The notes: a model not told the origin generated them from the letters alone. A DNA stretch of 64,000 nucleotides from a virus (IMGVR_UViG_3300028832_000001:164007-228006), one strand, 5' to 3'; counted from the stretch's first letter, positions 18,567 through 28,416 are shown. Numbers and translations are program-made.

Positions 18567-19208
18567 ATGATAGATTTTTTAAACGAAGCATTAGATTTGG
18601 GTGATGTCGAGAATTACGACGATCGCAATAAGGCTAAGGGATCATCAACATTCCGTAGCTTTATTATGACCGAAAAGGCTGATGAAGCATATAATAATAG
18701 AATTACCAATAGAATTTGTGCAGAAATTCGTGATATTATGGGAGATATTTATATAGCAACTCCGACAGGTTCTCGTTCTGCAAATAAAATTCAGCTTATT
18801 CGTAGAGGTAAGGGTGGTGCTTATCAGTTCGAATTAAGAATTAATAGTGATGGAACTATTAGTGTTACTGATAATAGCCAAGCAAAGGGCTTTATCAAGA
18901 CACTTGATGACGGAACCAAGAAGTTTATCTTGTTAAATGCTCATGAATTCTATAGAACAAAGAAGACAAATGATGCTGGTGTTTCTGAACTTATCGAATG
19001 GTTAACTGATAATTATGATAAGTATGAAGCATCAAATGGTGCTGCAAGAGACAGACGTGAAGGAATTACTCAAGCTGCTCGCACTTCTTCCGCTATGGGA
19101 ACAAGAAGAACAGGTCCAAAACGTGTTACAGATATGATGAGACGTCACGGTATTAGCAGTGTTTCTGACTTTTTAAGAAACGGCGGCAATATTAGAGACC
19201 TTATCTAA
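18567..19208 (+). CDS. late hypothetical protein (short FLNE leader)
   Basis: GAGG RBS, late promoter, terminator; MIDFLNE|A resembles an L-x-E cleavage site. Confidence 0.7.
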   Translation: MIDFLNEALDLGDVENYDDRNKAKGSSTFRSFIMTEKADEAYNNRITNRICAEIRDIMGDIYIATPTGSRSANKIQLIRRGKGGAYQFELRINSDGTISVTDNSQAKGFIKTLDDGTKKFILLNAHEFYRTKKTNDAGVSELIEWLTDNYDKYEASNGAARDRREGITQAARTSSAMGTRRTGPKRVTDMMRRHGISSVSDFLRNGGNIRDLI

Positions 19209-19228
19209 TATATAATATACAGATTTTG

Positions 19229-19257
19229 AAAAACCAGTCAGTAACGGCTGGTTTTTT
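19229..19257 (+). terminator. intrinsic terminator
   Basis: AAACCAGTC...GGCTGGTTT-T run. Confidence 0.75.
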
Positions 19258-19259
19258 AT

Positions 19260-19267
19260 TATAAATA
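19260..19267 (+). promoter_or_regulatory. T4-like late promoter TATAAATA(ATATAA)
   Basis: Exact motif directly after terminator. Confidence 0.75.
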
Positions 19268-19295
19268 ATATAAAGAAAATTAATTGAGAGGAATT

Positions 19296-21053
19296 ATGAC
19301 TTTTAACGAAGCAAAAAAGCTATTAAAATCAAAGAATATGTATTTTATCAAGGAAAATGCTGCATTTGGCTCTCTCGAAGAGTATAAGGCCAAATTGAGC
19401 GACTTGTGGGCAGATAACTATACAACTGATGATCCAGATGAAGCATCTTTTGACGAAATTCTCGCCATGGATGAAGACGCTGAAGAATTGGTCAAGAGTT
19501 ATTACGAACGTGAACTTGACCCGACAGAAGCTGTTGAGGAATTACACGATACTTTAGCAAGTGTTCCGGAAAATACAGAAGATTTCGAAGAAGTTGTCGA
19601 TGATGAAGGTGAAGATGCTGAATATATCGATGATGAAGAAAATATTGATGCATTAGATGGCGATGATAACATCGCTTATGATGAATCTGATTTAGATAAC
19701 TTCGAAGACGATGAAAATTATGTCGCAGATGATCTCGAACCGGAGGAAGAATTGAATTTTGGTGAAGCTGTCAGATATTTAAAGAAACATGGCTATGCAC
19801 TTAATGAAGATGCACAGTTACTTTTGGAAGCATGGTATGATAATATCGGATTAGACGATACTGATAAGTTGTTTATCCAGAGAACCATGGAAACTTATGC
19901 TTCTGCTAAGTCTAAGCCAAGAACACTCGGTGGTCAACGTATTAAGGGTGGTTACATGACACCTGCAAAACGTGCTGATTACTATGGCAAGTTCGAACAT
20001 ATTTTGGAATTGATTGCAGATCGTCCGAATGCTACCAGAAATATGAGAACTGTTAGAAAGGAAATGGAACTTCTTCAGGATGATAACTGGTATCAGTTCA
20101 TTCATGAAAAGAACCCAGACCTTGACCAAGATACAATTGTTGAAATCTTCGGTCATGCAGCAATCGGTGAAACTGCTGACTTGACACCAGAAGAAGCTGA
20201 GCAGCGTCGTGCAGAACGTGCTGAAGCTGAACGTCGTGCAGCAGAAGCAGAACGTGAACGTCGTGAACGTGAAGCTGCAGCAGAACGCGAACGTCAACGT
20301 CGTGAAAACCCAGAACCAGAAGACATGATTACTCATCGTGAATTCGAAGAAACTCCGGAAACTGTTACTACCCGTCGTGTCACTCGTCACCGTATGAGAA
20401 CAGTTAACCGTAATTATACTGACCACTATGCATTCCCAGCTGCAACAATCAAGATTAATATCGATGTTACTGGCGACGATGAATCCAAGGCAGAAGTTGA
20501 TGAAATTATTTCTGCAATCAAGGATAAGTTACGTCTTGCTTACGAAGATGATGAAGGTAAGTATGCAATGTGTAATGTTGATGCAGCAGTTGTTGATGTC
20601 GAAGAAGATGGTGCTACAAAGCAAGAATATCATATCGTTATCAAGATGCCTGCAGAAATCAAGGAAGAAATTGCTCAGTTCGCTCAGGTCGAACTTGAAG
20701 ATACATTCCCGTTCGTTAATTCTGAACATCCAGAAGATTCTGTTTATGAATTCGATAATACTGGAAACCGTGATGAAATCGAAGACGAAACTTACGAATA
20801 TGATGAACCAGTTGTTCAGAGAGGTCGTAGACGTCCACAGACTACTGGAGCACGTCGTGTTAGCAGAACACCTCGTTGGAGAGTTCACTATACATTAGCT
20901 GATGAAAACGGTCGTGATAGTAGAATTCAGAGAACTGTTATTGTTCCTGCAGCAACTGCTGAAGATGCTAAGAACAAGGTTGAAAACCCAGAAGACATCG
21001 ATAATGCATACGCAACTGGTGTATTCGCTGTAACAGGTGTTGATAGAGTCTAA
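19296..21053 (+). CDS. large acidic protein with two copies of the leader motif (putative capsid-internal polyprotein)
   Basis: ATG at 19296 after GAGAGG; MTFNEAKKLLKSKNMYFIKE and internal LNFGEAVRYLKKHGYALNE; E/A/R-rich helix. Confidence 0.75.
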   Translation: MTFNEAKKLLKSKNMYFIKENAAFGSLEEYKAKLSDLWADNYTTDDPDEASFDEILAMDEDAEELVKSYYERELDPTEAVEELHDTLASVPENTEDFEEVVDDEGEDAEYIDDEENIDALDGDDNIAYDESDLDNFEDDENYVADDLEPEEELNFGEAVRYLKKHGYALNEDAQLLLEAWYDNIGLDDTDKLFIQRTMETYASAKSKPRTLGGQRIKGGYMTPAKRADYYGKFEHILELIADRPNATRNMRTVRKEMELLQDDNWYQFIHEKNPDLDQDTIVEIFGHAAIGETADLTPEEAEQRRAERAEAERRAAEAERERREREAAAERERQRRENPEPEDMITHREFEETPETVTTRRVTRHRMRTVNRNYTDHYAFPAATIKINIDVTGDDESKAEVDEIISAIKDKLRLAYEDDEGKYAMCNVDAAVVDVEEDGATKQEYHIVIKMPAEIKEEIAQFAQVELEDTFPFVNSEHPEDSVYEFDNTGNRDEIEDETYEYDEPVVQRGRRRPQTTGARRVSRTPRWRVHYTLADENGRDSRIQRTVIVPAATAEDAKNKVENPEDIDNAYATGVFAVTGVDRV

Positions 21054-21070
21054 TAATCTCAATTAATAAA

Positions 21071-21100
21071 AGAAAGGCGGCAAGTAATTGCCGTCTTTTT
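21071..21100. terminator. bidirectional intrinsic terminator
   Basis: AAGGCGGCAA-gtaa-TTGCCGTCTT with A/T runs. Confidence 0.8.
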
Positions 21101-21103
21101 ATT

Positions 21104-22432
21104 TTAGAATGTCTTAATAAATGCGGTATAACCTAAGTAAGCGTTATAAATGTCATTTACATGGGCAAGTTCTAATGGAGAGTGCATATTCAGAATTGGA
21201 ACACCTGCATCAAGAACATTGATATTCAATTCACAAACCATACTTGCGATTGTTCCACCGCCACCAACATCGACCTTGCCAAGAGAATCAAACTGATACT
21301 TAACTCCTGCATCCTTCATAACCTTTCGGATATAAGCAATAAATTCAGGATTTGCGTCAGCACCACCAGACTTACCACGACCTCCATTATACTTAGAGAA
21401 CATAATACCACCATTTAACTTAGCAGAAGATTTCTTATCATAAGCGTCTGCATAAAGTGGGTCATAAGCTGCAGTAACGTCAGAAGAAAGCATACGAGAA
21501 CGTGCTAAGTATGTAGCAAATTCAACTTCATCCTTCGGTCTCAAGACACAACGTAATACGTCTTCAAACCATCTCGATTTTGCTCCTGTAGCACAGCAAG
21601 AACCAATTTCTTCCTTATCTACTAATACAACACCAGATGTGACTTCTGGAAGCTCCTGGAGCGACAGAACAGCCATTAATGAGGTAAATGCGCAAACTCT
21701 ATCATCTTGACCATAACCAGCAATCAAGGACTTATCAAAGCCAGAATATCTTGCTTTACCTGCAGGAACAATTTCAAGTTCTGCAGAAACTAAATCTTCT
21801 TCTTCAACTCCATATTTTTCCTTAAGGAACTGTAAAACCCATTCCTTAACCTTTTTCTTATCCTTATCTTCAGTTTCGATTTCAGTCGTTGCTACGAGAA
21901 TATCGAGCTTTTCACCATTAATGAAATCACTTGCTTTCTTTTCTGCAAGTTTCTTATCAAGGTGAGGAAGAAGGTCACAAATACAGAAAATCGGATCATT
22001 CGGATCTTCACCAATAGAAACCTTTACAGTGTTACCGTCAATAGTGCAAATAACACCATGAATAGCAAGCGGAGTAGTTGTCCATTGATACTTCTTGATA
22101 CCACCATAATATTGTGTATCAAAGTAAGCAATTCCATCTGATTCATAAAGTGGCTTTTGCTTGACGTCGATTCTAGGAGCATCAATATGAGCACCGAGAA
22201 TGTTTACTGCTATGTTTGCCTTACCAACAATAAATGCTGCAAAATTCTTATTTTTATTCTTGAAATAAACCTTTTCACCTGGCAACAAAATACCAGAAGT
22301 ATGTTTATATTGCCTAAAACCAGCAAGAATAGCAAGACGTTCAGCTTCATCGACACAAAGACGTTCAGTCTTCGCGGTTGAAATAAAATTAATATAATCT
22401 GTGATTAAGTTTGTTTGATTTATTATACTCAT
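21104..22432 (-). CDS. M18 family aminopeptidase
   Basis: GAHIDAPR, YYGGIKKYQW, GYGQDDRVC, DKEEIGS, SSDVTAA, NMHSP. Confidence 0.9.
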   Translation of the reverse strand: MSIINQTNLITDYINFISTAKTERLCVDEAERLAILAGFRQYKHTSGILLPGEKVYFKNKNKNFAAFIVGKANIAVNILGAHIDAPRIDVKQKPLYESDGIAYFDTQYYGGIKKYQWTTTPLAIHGVICTIDGNTVKVSIGEDPNDPIFCICDLLPHLDKKLAEKKASDFINGEKLDILVATTEIETEDKDKKKVKEWVLQFLKEKYGVEEEDLVSAELEIVPAGKARYSGFDKSLIAGYGQDDRVCAFTSLMAVLSLQELPEVTSGVVLVDKEEIGSCCATGAKSRWFEDVLRCVLRPKDEVEFATYLARSRMLSSDVTAAYDPLYADAYDKKSSAKLNGGIMFSKYNGGRGKSGGADANPEFIAYIRKVMKDAGVKYQFDSLGKVDVGGGGTIASMVCELNINVLDAGVPILNMHSPLELAHVNDIYNAYLGYTAFIKTF

Positions 22433-22440
22433 ATAAATCA

Positions 22441-22468
22441 AATATAAAAAAATAACGGGTTTTGTAAA
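22441..22468 (-). promoter_or_regulatory. sigma70-type promoter TTTACA-N16-TATATT inside hairpin terminator
   Basis: AATAACGGGTTT-tgt-AAACCCGTTATT perfect 12-bp stem. Confidence 0.75.
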
Positions 22469-22495
22469 CCCGTTATTGTTAATTGCTGAAATTTA

Positions 22496-23737
22496 TTAAG
22501 CGTTTTCTTTGAAGTTCTTAGCGAATTCTTCAAATACCTGTTCGAGACATTCCTTAGTCAAACCGAGCTTGAAGACTGGCTTATAAGTATCGTAGAATTC
22601 CTGAAGGTTATGTGCTACGAACGGCTTATCTGTATCAGTCTTATAGCGAGTGTTCAAACGAGTTAAGGCATGCTGACAAATAGCACGGACAATTTCAACA
22701 CTTGCAGCACCGATTGCGTCACCAACGACACCACCGTTACGGATAAGTCTTGGATTATCAGTGAAGTACTTCTTAACAATTTGCTTAGCCTTCAACTTAA
22801 ATGGATCATTATCACGTCTTGGAATTTCGATTGTATTCGGAATTTCACCGTCAATGATTTCATTAATCTGAGCAGCATAAGTCTGAGCATCAGAGTTCAA
22901 GAATGAACGGCATTCAGCAGCAGTCGGGAAGTTAGCAGCACCTAAGCTATCCTTAATAGTCTTCTTAACGCTCTGTTCCATATATTCTGCATCGTTGTTT
23001 GCTAACAATCTCATTGCGTCTTCTGGGAAGTCGTTAATGAACAATGCCAACTTGTAAGCAACGGTTTCGTCCATCTTAGCACGATCTTCTTCTGGAACAC
23101 GGTTAAGTTCGTCTCTCTTATAAGCACGAACCCAGTCATTCCAAGCATCACTAAGTTCTGTAGCAGAACCAGAGTAATCCGGCATAATCCAACGAGCCAA
23201 GTCACGGCTAAGCTGTCTATAAGAGTTAGCACCGAATCTGTCCTTAGCTTCTTCTTCGTTGTTCTTAAACCATTCGACGAAATCAGCCATATCAAGTTCG
23301 TTATAAGCGTCAGCTAACTGAACATTATTTCTGGAAATCTGGTTGTGGAACTTAATGCCACGGTCATAGTAGTTTCTATCAATATCGTCTTTGTTATGTT
23401 CGATAGCTCTACCAATTCTAGTATAAAGCTTATAATATGCACTTTCTGTAAACTTACGCTTAAAATCATACCAGCTTGTTGATGTAAGATCAATATTGAG
23501 CTTACTTCTAATTAATGCAACATAAGCATCCCAATCAAAGCGGTTAACTTCAATGAATCTCTTTAACTTAGCCATTGCGGTGGCAGTTGAATCACGATCT
23601 GTGATAACTTCATTGATTGCCTTTGCAGTAAGGAACATCTGCTGCTTTTCTGGTGTAAGTTTATCAAAAACACGACGTTGTGCGTTCTTAGCCATTTCAG
23701 TAATATATCTCTTTTTTCTGATAGTGAGCAAGCTCAT
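22496..23737 (-). CDS. late hypothetical protein (413 aa)
   Basis: Late promoter, AAGGAG RBS; ...RYITE|MA possible cleavage site. Confidence 0.75.
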   Translation of the reverse strand: MSLLTIRKKRYITEMAKNAQRRVFDKLTPEKQQMFLTAKAINEVITDRDSTATAMAKLKRFIEVNRFDWDAYVALIRSKLNIDLTSTSWYDFKRKFTESAYYKLYTRIGRAIEHNKDDIDRNYYDRGIKFHNQISRNNVQLADAYNELDMADFVEWFKNNEEEAKDRFGANSYRQLSRDLARWIMPDYSGSATELSDAWNDWVRAYKRDELNRVPEEDRAKMDETVAYKLALFINDFPEDAMRLLANNDAEYMEQSVKKTIKDSLGAANFPTAAECRSFLNSDAQTYAAQINEIIDGEIPNTIEIPRRDNDPFKLKAKQIVKKYFTDNPRLIRNGGVVGDAIGAASVEIVRAICQHALTRLNTRYKTDTDKPFVAHNLQEFYDTYKPVFKLGLTKECLEQVFEEFAKNFKENA

Positions 23738-23764
23738 ATAATCTCCTTAAAATTTACTTTATAT

Positions 23765-23772
23765 TATTTATA
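23765..23772 (-). promoter_or_regulatory. T4-like late promoter TATAAATA(ATATAA)
   Basis: Exact motif directly after terminator. Confidence 0.75.
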
Positions 23773-23774
23773 AT

Positions 23775-23801
23775 AAAAAATGAGAGAATTAATCTCTCAT
23801 T
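23775..23801 (-). terminator. intrinsic terminator
   Basis: AATGAGAGA-loop-TCTCTCATT-T run. Confidence 0.75.
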
Positions 23802-23821
23802 CTTTACAAAAAATACAGAGT

Positions 23822-24013
23822 TTAGAGATTATCGGCTATAATTTCTTCTGATTTTTCTTCTAGTTGTCTTTCTGCCTCAGCTGCATGAATTTTTTCATCT
23901 GTAACTACTTCAGTATCAAAACGGTCAAGATGTAGCATTGCACGTTTTAATTCTTCAGCAGGAAACATAGAAATCATTTCACCTAATTGAGGCTTTGGTT
24001 TTTCATTTTCCAT
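23822..24013 (-). CDS. hypothetical protein
   Basis: 63-aa ORF. Confidence 0.6.
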   Translation of the reverse strand: MENEKPKPQLGEMISMFPAEELKRAMLHLDRFDTEVVTDEKIHAAEAERQLEEKSEEIIADNL

Positions 24014-24025
24014 ATTAATTATTTA

Positions 24026-25129
24026 TTACTGTTTTAAAGCATCTTCGATAATCATGCCATGGTGGAAACCAAGTTTTGGTAAATTATCAAGCTTAAACCA
24101 GCCTACATCTGCAGCATCATCACCAGCAACTGCCTTCTTCTTGTCCTTACCAGGAACATGAACAACAAATGCTGTATCAATAATGCGGAGTCTCGGGTCA
24201 AACATATGACTATATGTTTTAATCTGAGTAAACTTTTCAACTGGAATGTCAAGTCCAGCTTCTTCCCTAAATTCTCTCTGAGCTGCATGTTCAAGACTTG
24301 CATCTGGCTTTTCCATTTCACCAGTTTCCTTATTCTTAAATGCAGAATGATTAAAGAATCCACCAGGAGTGCACCAATGACCCATGAAAGGAGGTTTCTT
24401 TCTACGAATCAACATAACTTCATCGCCAGAAATTGCACAAACATCAACAGTGTTTGCGAATGCTCCCCAGCCCTGTTTCTTGTAGTTTTCAACCCACTTC
24501 TTTTCCAAATCCGCATAATTTGTCGGATTCTGGTTATAAAGACATGTAGAAATAATATTATTCTTTGCATCAATTTCACCTTCATGACGAATAAAATTGA
24601 ATACAACCTTACTAATATACTTCTGAACATCCTTATAGTGACATTCTGGATTAACTCTAAAGATTTCTCTAACAGCACTGCTAGAAATACCTTCAGTCTT
24701 GAGATTGTCAACAATAGTGCAATTTGCTTGCTTATAAGCAACAGCTGCGTCTCTTGCGAAGACGAGGAACTTATAAGTATTCAGTAAACGGTTACTATAT
24801 AACCACTTACCAGCAACGAGACTCTTCCATTCATCATCGCCAATAACGATAGTAATTTCATTCGGGTCAACTTGACGATAATTAACCCAAAGATATTCAT
24901 ACATTCTGTTAGTTTGAATATCAATATCGTAATCAACATTCTTAGATGCTAATGCGACTTTGACCATCTGCTTACGTGCACCTGCGGGTGTGCGATTGGT
25001 CTTTTCGTCATTATCTGTAACAAGAATGTGAAGTTTATCGCCAGCTCTCATTCTTTTCTTGACAGCTTTGATAATTGCTTCATGTGCATGTGTGAATGGG
25101 TCAAACCAGCTTCCGAATATATAATGCAT
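24026..25129 (-). CDS. bifunctional NadD-like nicotinate/nicotinamide mononucleotide adenylyltransferase + Nudix (ADP-ribose pyrophosphatase-like)
   Basis: FGSWFDPFTHAH (HxGH-like), IVIGDD..W....FLVFAR and ISSSAVR (NadD motifs); C-terminal Nudix box PGG...AAQREFREEAG, AGDDA. Confidence 0.8.
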   Translation of the reverse strand: MHYIFGSWFDPFTHAHEAIIKAVKKRMRAGDKLHILVTDNDEKTNRTPAGARKQMVKVALASKNVDYDIDIQTNRMYEYLWVNYRQVDPNEITIVIGDDEWKSLVAGKWLYSNRLLNTYKFLVFARDAAVAYKQANCTIVDNLKTEGISSSAVREIFRVNPECHYKDVQKYISKVVFNFIRHEGEIDAKNNIISTCLYNQNPTNYADLEKKWVENYKKQGWGAFANTVDVCAISGDEVMLIRRKKPPFMGHWCTPGGFFNHSAFKNKETGEMEKPDASLEHAAQREFREEAGLDIPVEKFTQIKTYSHMFDPRLRIIDTAFVVHVPGKDKKKAVAGDDAADVGWFKLDNLPKLGFHHGMIIEDALKQ

Positions 25130-25149
25130 AAGTTATTCCTTTTTTGTTA

Positions 25150-25178
25150 AATATAGCAAAACAATTGTTAGTTGTCAG
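25150..25178 (-). promoter_or_regulatory. sigma70-type promoter CTGACA-N17-TATATT
   Basis: Overlaps stop of upstream gene. Confidence 0.7.
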
Positions 25179-26247
25179 CCCTAACAATCGTCTCGCCATC
25201 AAAGTCAGCGAAATGTTCCTTCATGTTGTTAATTGTTTCCATTGGAACATTATGGATAGAACCGAAATCATTTGCCATACGGTAAACTGAAACGTTATAT
25301 CCATGTGCTGCTGCTTCGTTCAAATAAGGCTTTAATTCCTTATGCTTTACGAAGGTATTAGAAACAATTACAAAAGAATCTTCACCCTTTAATGCATTGA
25401 ATACATCATTGAAGCACTTGTTATGTGCAACACCTAACAATGCAGGATTGAACTTATATTCTCCAGCTTCATTAATCCAGAAATTATCAGATTCGAAATG
25501 GCTAGCCTTATGTCCTTGGGACTGCAAGCTAGCAAGTAACTTCTTTGCAAAAGTAGACTTGCCGGAACCTGGAATACCACGAACAATGACCAATGTCTTA
25601 CCATCGTCTTTTGGTTGTAACTCATGGATTCTTACTGGTCTGTAATAAGATTCCCAGTTAACGTTATTTTGCACTAATTCTACTCCTTTATGATTGCACT
25701 TTGTTGTCTGTGCGAATTCATGTGTATGACCATGAACAAGATACGTAATGAATGTTCCTTCAGAATCATAATAATTTAATGCAGAATTATCAGAATCCTT
25801 ATAACCCTTATCATCTATATCATTATAGGTATAATGCTGCAAAAGATAATTTACACCATTATGAGTTAACAAAATATGGTTATCACGAACTAAAGTAACC
25901 TTTGGAAATTCCTCGATTACCTTCGATAACTTCTTGAAGATTTCATAGTCATGATTTCCCAATAACCAGTACATATGCTTGAAATGCAACTTGCTGTAAT
26001 ACTCTCTAAACAAGTCTACTAACTTGCTACCTGGAGTTCCAAGGGTGAAATCACCAAGGAAGAAAACAGTAGTCTCGTCGTCAACAACATCATTCCATTG
26101 CTTCTCAATATCTGCGTTCATTTCATCAATTGTTGCATACTTTCTTGTTCTATCGAAATGGTCTTCGTAGCTAGTACATAACTTACGATGGTTTAAATGT
26201 AAATCGCTTGTAAAGACAATCTTATTGTCATCTATTGTTATTTTCAT
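25168..26247 (-). CDS. calcineurin-like metallophosphoesterase fused to P-loop (AAA_33/PNK-like) kinase
   Basis: TSDLH, LGDF, LGNHD, HGHTH then VRGIPGSGKST, SNTF, HNVP. Confidence 0.85.
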   Translation of the reverse strand: MKITIDDNKIVFTSDLHLNHRKLCTSYEDHFDRTRKYATIDEMNADIEKQWNDVVDDETTVFFLGDFTLGTPGSKLVDLFREYYSKLHFKHMYWLLGNHDYEIFKKLSKVIEEFPKVTLVRDNHILLTHNGVNYLLQHYTYNDIDDKGYKDSDNSALNYYDSEGTFITYLVHGHTHEFAQTTKCNHKGVELVQNNVNWESYYRPVRIHELQPKDDGKTLVIVRGIPGSGKSTFAKKLLASLQSQGHKASHFESDNFWINEAGEYKFNPALLGVAHNKCFNDVFNALKGEDSFVIVSNTFVKHKELKPYLNEAAAHGYNVSVYRMANDFGSIHNVPMETINNMKEHFADFDGETIVRADN

Positions 26248-26336
26248 ATTACTCCTTTAGTTTTTTGTTCAAATATAGAAAAAAGGGATAAGCCAGAAGC
26301 CGGTCCCTTAAAAAGTTTTGAAACTTTTATTATATT

Positions 26337-28277
26337 TTACTTTGTTGCTGTAGAGAACAAATCGATTAAAGTGTCCTTGCTTAACTGAGTTAAATCAAGT
26401 GCAACTTCAGTCTTTTCGTCACCATCTTCAACGAAAGTGAAACCTGCCTTTTCAAGAATAGGCTTCAAGTCCACGAAGGAACGGCACTTATTCTTGAGAT
26501 TTTCGATGTATACCTGAGCATACTTCTGGTTAGGAACACGACCACCGCCTTGAGTAAGGTCCATAAGATAAACCTTATTATCGATGATCAATGCACACTG
26601 CTTATCACGTTCACCATCAACTGGAATAATGAATTCTGCCTTGATGTTGTTCGGATCACACATCGGACATTCACGACCATTATATGAACTATAGCCACGG
26701 TCCTTCATGTTAGAACGATTTTCACGTGCTACGAAGAACTTAAATTGAGACTTCGGAGATCCAGAGAATTGAGAAACAGATACCTTACCATCTGGGCATG
26801 CCTTGCTAATATAGAACAATTCAGTAGCTTCCGGTTCGGCATTTGTCATGTCACCAGAGAAGATAACCTTGTTGTTCTTATCATTATAAGCAGCATTCCA
26901 ACCATAAGAATTACCGTTAATATCAGCCAAATGGAGGTCGAAATCTCGAGTTCCCCATTCGTTACGCCAATAAATACCGATAACGTTATGGTCATCACCC
27001 ATATCAACAGAAGTACCGAACGGATAGTTTCCGATAAAGTTCTTTTCAGAAGTCGGAACGGTTAAGTTCACATTCTTCGGATAACGAACAGTGCATGCCT
27101 TGTCCTTGATTGAGTTAACAATAGAATCTTCGAGCATGCCATAAACCCTCATAAGATAAGTGTTCATGTTCTGAGAAACCTTAGGTGTGTCTTCACGAAC
27201 CCACATCTTACCATTTCTGATTACATACATCTTTCCAGATGCATTCTGAAGCTTAGCAAGAATAGCTTGCATAAGTGTAATCTTCTTAAAGTTGGTGATG
27301 CTATCCTTTGCAAGACGATCAGCAACTTCAGTCAATGGCTTTTCTTCTGTGATAATAGTTTCCCAGAATCCCGGCTTAAACGGCTTATGAGCAGAAACTG
27401 CCAAACGTCTGATATGGTTAATAACAGACGCATTAGTTGCCTTACCAGCTACTGCAGCCTTAAGCTTTGAAGCAGCCTTGCGGAATGCTTCGTTCTGGAA
27501 AACCTTTGCAGATTCAACACCTGCTGTATGCTTGAAAGCAAGGAACAATGGCTTAAATCTGTAAAATACAGAAGCCAAAATGTTACATTCAGTTTCAGAA
27601 AGACGAGTAAAGTCAACCTTACTAGCGTTTTCTTTAATAGTCTGAATGGTACGACGGTCCTTGATAAGCATTGCCTTACCAGTTGCCTTGAAGACAAAGT
27701 ATCTGAGCATGTTAAACGGATCCTTACCATATACATTGGTAATATCCATCAACATAATGACCGCTTCCTTGTTCTTGATTGTGTCAATGTCAAGACCGTA
27801 CTTGACGTAACGATCTTCCTTGACGATATAATCGATAAGGATATTAAGAGTTTCAGATTCAAGAGCGATACCTGACTGAAGCATCTTAATACAACGGTTA
27901 TAGATTTCCTCTTCAGTTGCAGGCATGATAACCTTGAACGACTGATACGGGATTTCTATATCTGGCGACTGGTTAGGGACATAACCATTTCCGGCAGTGA
28001 AGCCAGTACCGTATGTGGTTGCGTAATGAACAAGCTGATCAGCCAAGAGTTCGATACGAGTCTTGGATGTAATGTCTTCCCACTTCTTATAGAAGGTCTT
28101 GTTGTAATTGGTTTTTGCTTCAGCCTTGACCCAAGCCAAAGTAGTCTTGGAGCAACAATCAGGGTGAACAATCCAACCATACTTAGCAGATTCTGCGTTA
28201 ACTTCTAAGAATGAAAGCTTATCTTCAACTGCCGTAGGCGCGACATTAAACATTGTAATCAACTTGAGATTAATCAT
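26337..28277 (-). CDS. large conserved phage protein with C-terminal TerD-like region
   Basis: GIYWRN...DFDLH...GWN...FSGDMTNAEPEATE pattern; high-expression codon bias. Confidence 0.5.
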   Translation of the reverse strand: MINLKLITMFNVAPTAVEDKLSFLEVNAESAKYGWIVHPDCCSKTTLAWVKAEAKTNYNKTFYKKWEDITSKTRIELLADQLVHYATTYGTGFTAGNGYVPNQSPDIEIPYQSFKVIMPATEEEIYNRCIKMLQSGIALESETLNILIDYIVKEDRYVKYGLDIDTIKNKEAVIMLMDITNVYGKDPFNMLRYFVFKATGKAMLIKDRRTIQTIKENASKVDFTRLSETECNILASVFYRFKPLFLAFKHTAGVESAKVFQNEAFRKAASKLKAAVAGKATNASVINHIRRLAVSAHKPFKPGFWETIITEEKPLTEVADRLAKDSITNFKKITLMQAILAKLQNASGKMYVIRNGKMWVREDTPKVSQNMNTYLMRVYGMLEDSIVNSIKDKACTVRYPKNVNLTVPTSEKNFIGNYPFGTSVDMGDDHNVIGIYWRNEWGTRDFDLHLADINGNSYGWNAAYNDKNNKVIFSGDMTNAEPEATELFYISKACPDGKVSVSQFSGSPKSQFKFFVARENRSNMKDRGYSSYNGRECPMCDPNNIKAEFIIPVDGERDKQCALIIDNKVYLMDLTQGGGRVPNQKYAQVYIENLKNKCRSFVDLKPILEKAGFTFVEDGDEKTEVALDLTQLSKDTLIDLFSTATK

Positions 28278-28303
28278 AAAATTTCCTTATTTGTTGTGTT
28301 GTT

Positions 28304-28380
28304 AAAAAATCGCTATCGCGAAAAGTAGATATTTGCCTAAAAATTATTCATCTTATAGGAACTTTCTTTGCGATAGCGGG
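28304..28380 (-). ncRNA. structured 5' leader / small RNA
   Basis: CGCTATCGC (28370-28378) pairs with GCGATAGCG (28311-28319), inner stems, then T6; begins at predicted TSS. Confidence 0.4.
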
Positions 28381-28384
28381 ATTA

Positions 28385-28413
28385 AATATAGTAAATTATT
28401 TTACTCTTGTAAA
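28385..28413 (-). promoter_or_regulatory. sigma70-type promoter TTTACA-N17-TATATT
   Basis: Motif and spacing read directly. Confidence 0.8.
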
Positions 28414-28416
28414 CCC

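Noticed and set aside
20200-20310. gaagctgaacgtcgt-type repeats as a DNA repeat element
   Set aside because: They simply encode an E/A/R-rich charged helix within the 19296 protein.
104-24787. Long opposite-strand ORFs (104..628, 6602..7150, 11879..12577, 14248..14793, 19851..20426, 24158..24787)
   Set aside because: Antisense shadows of strongly codon-biased real genes; no RBS, promoter or motifs.
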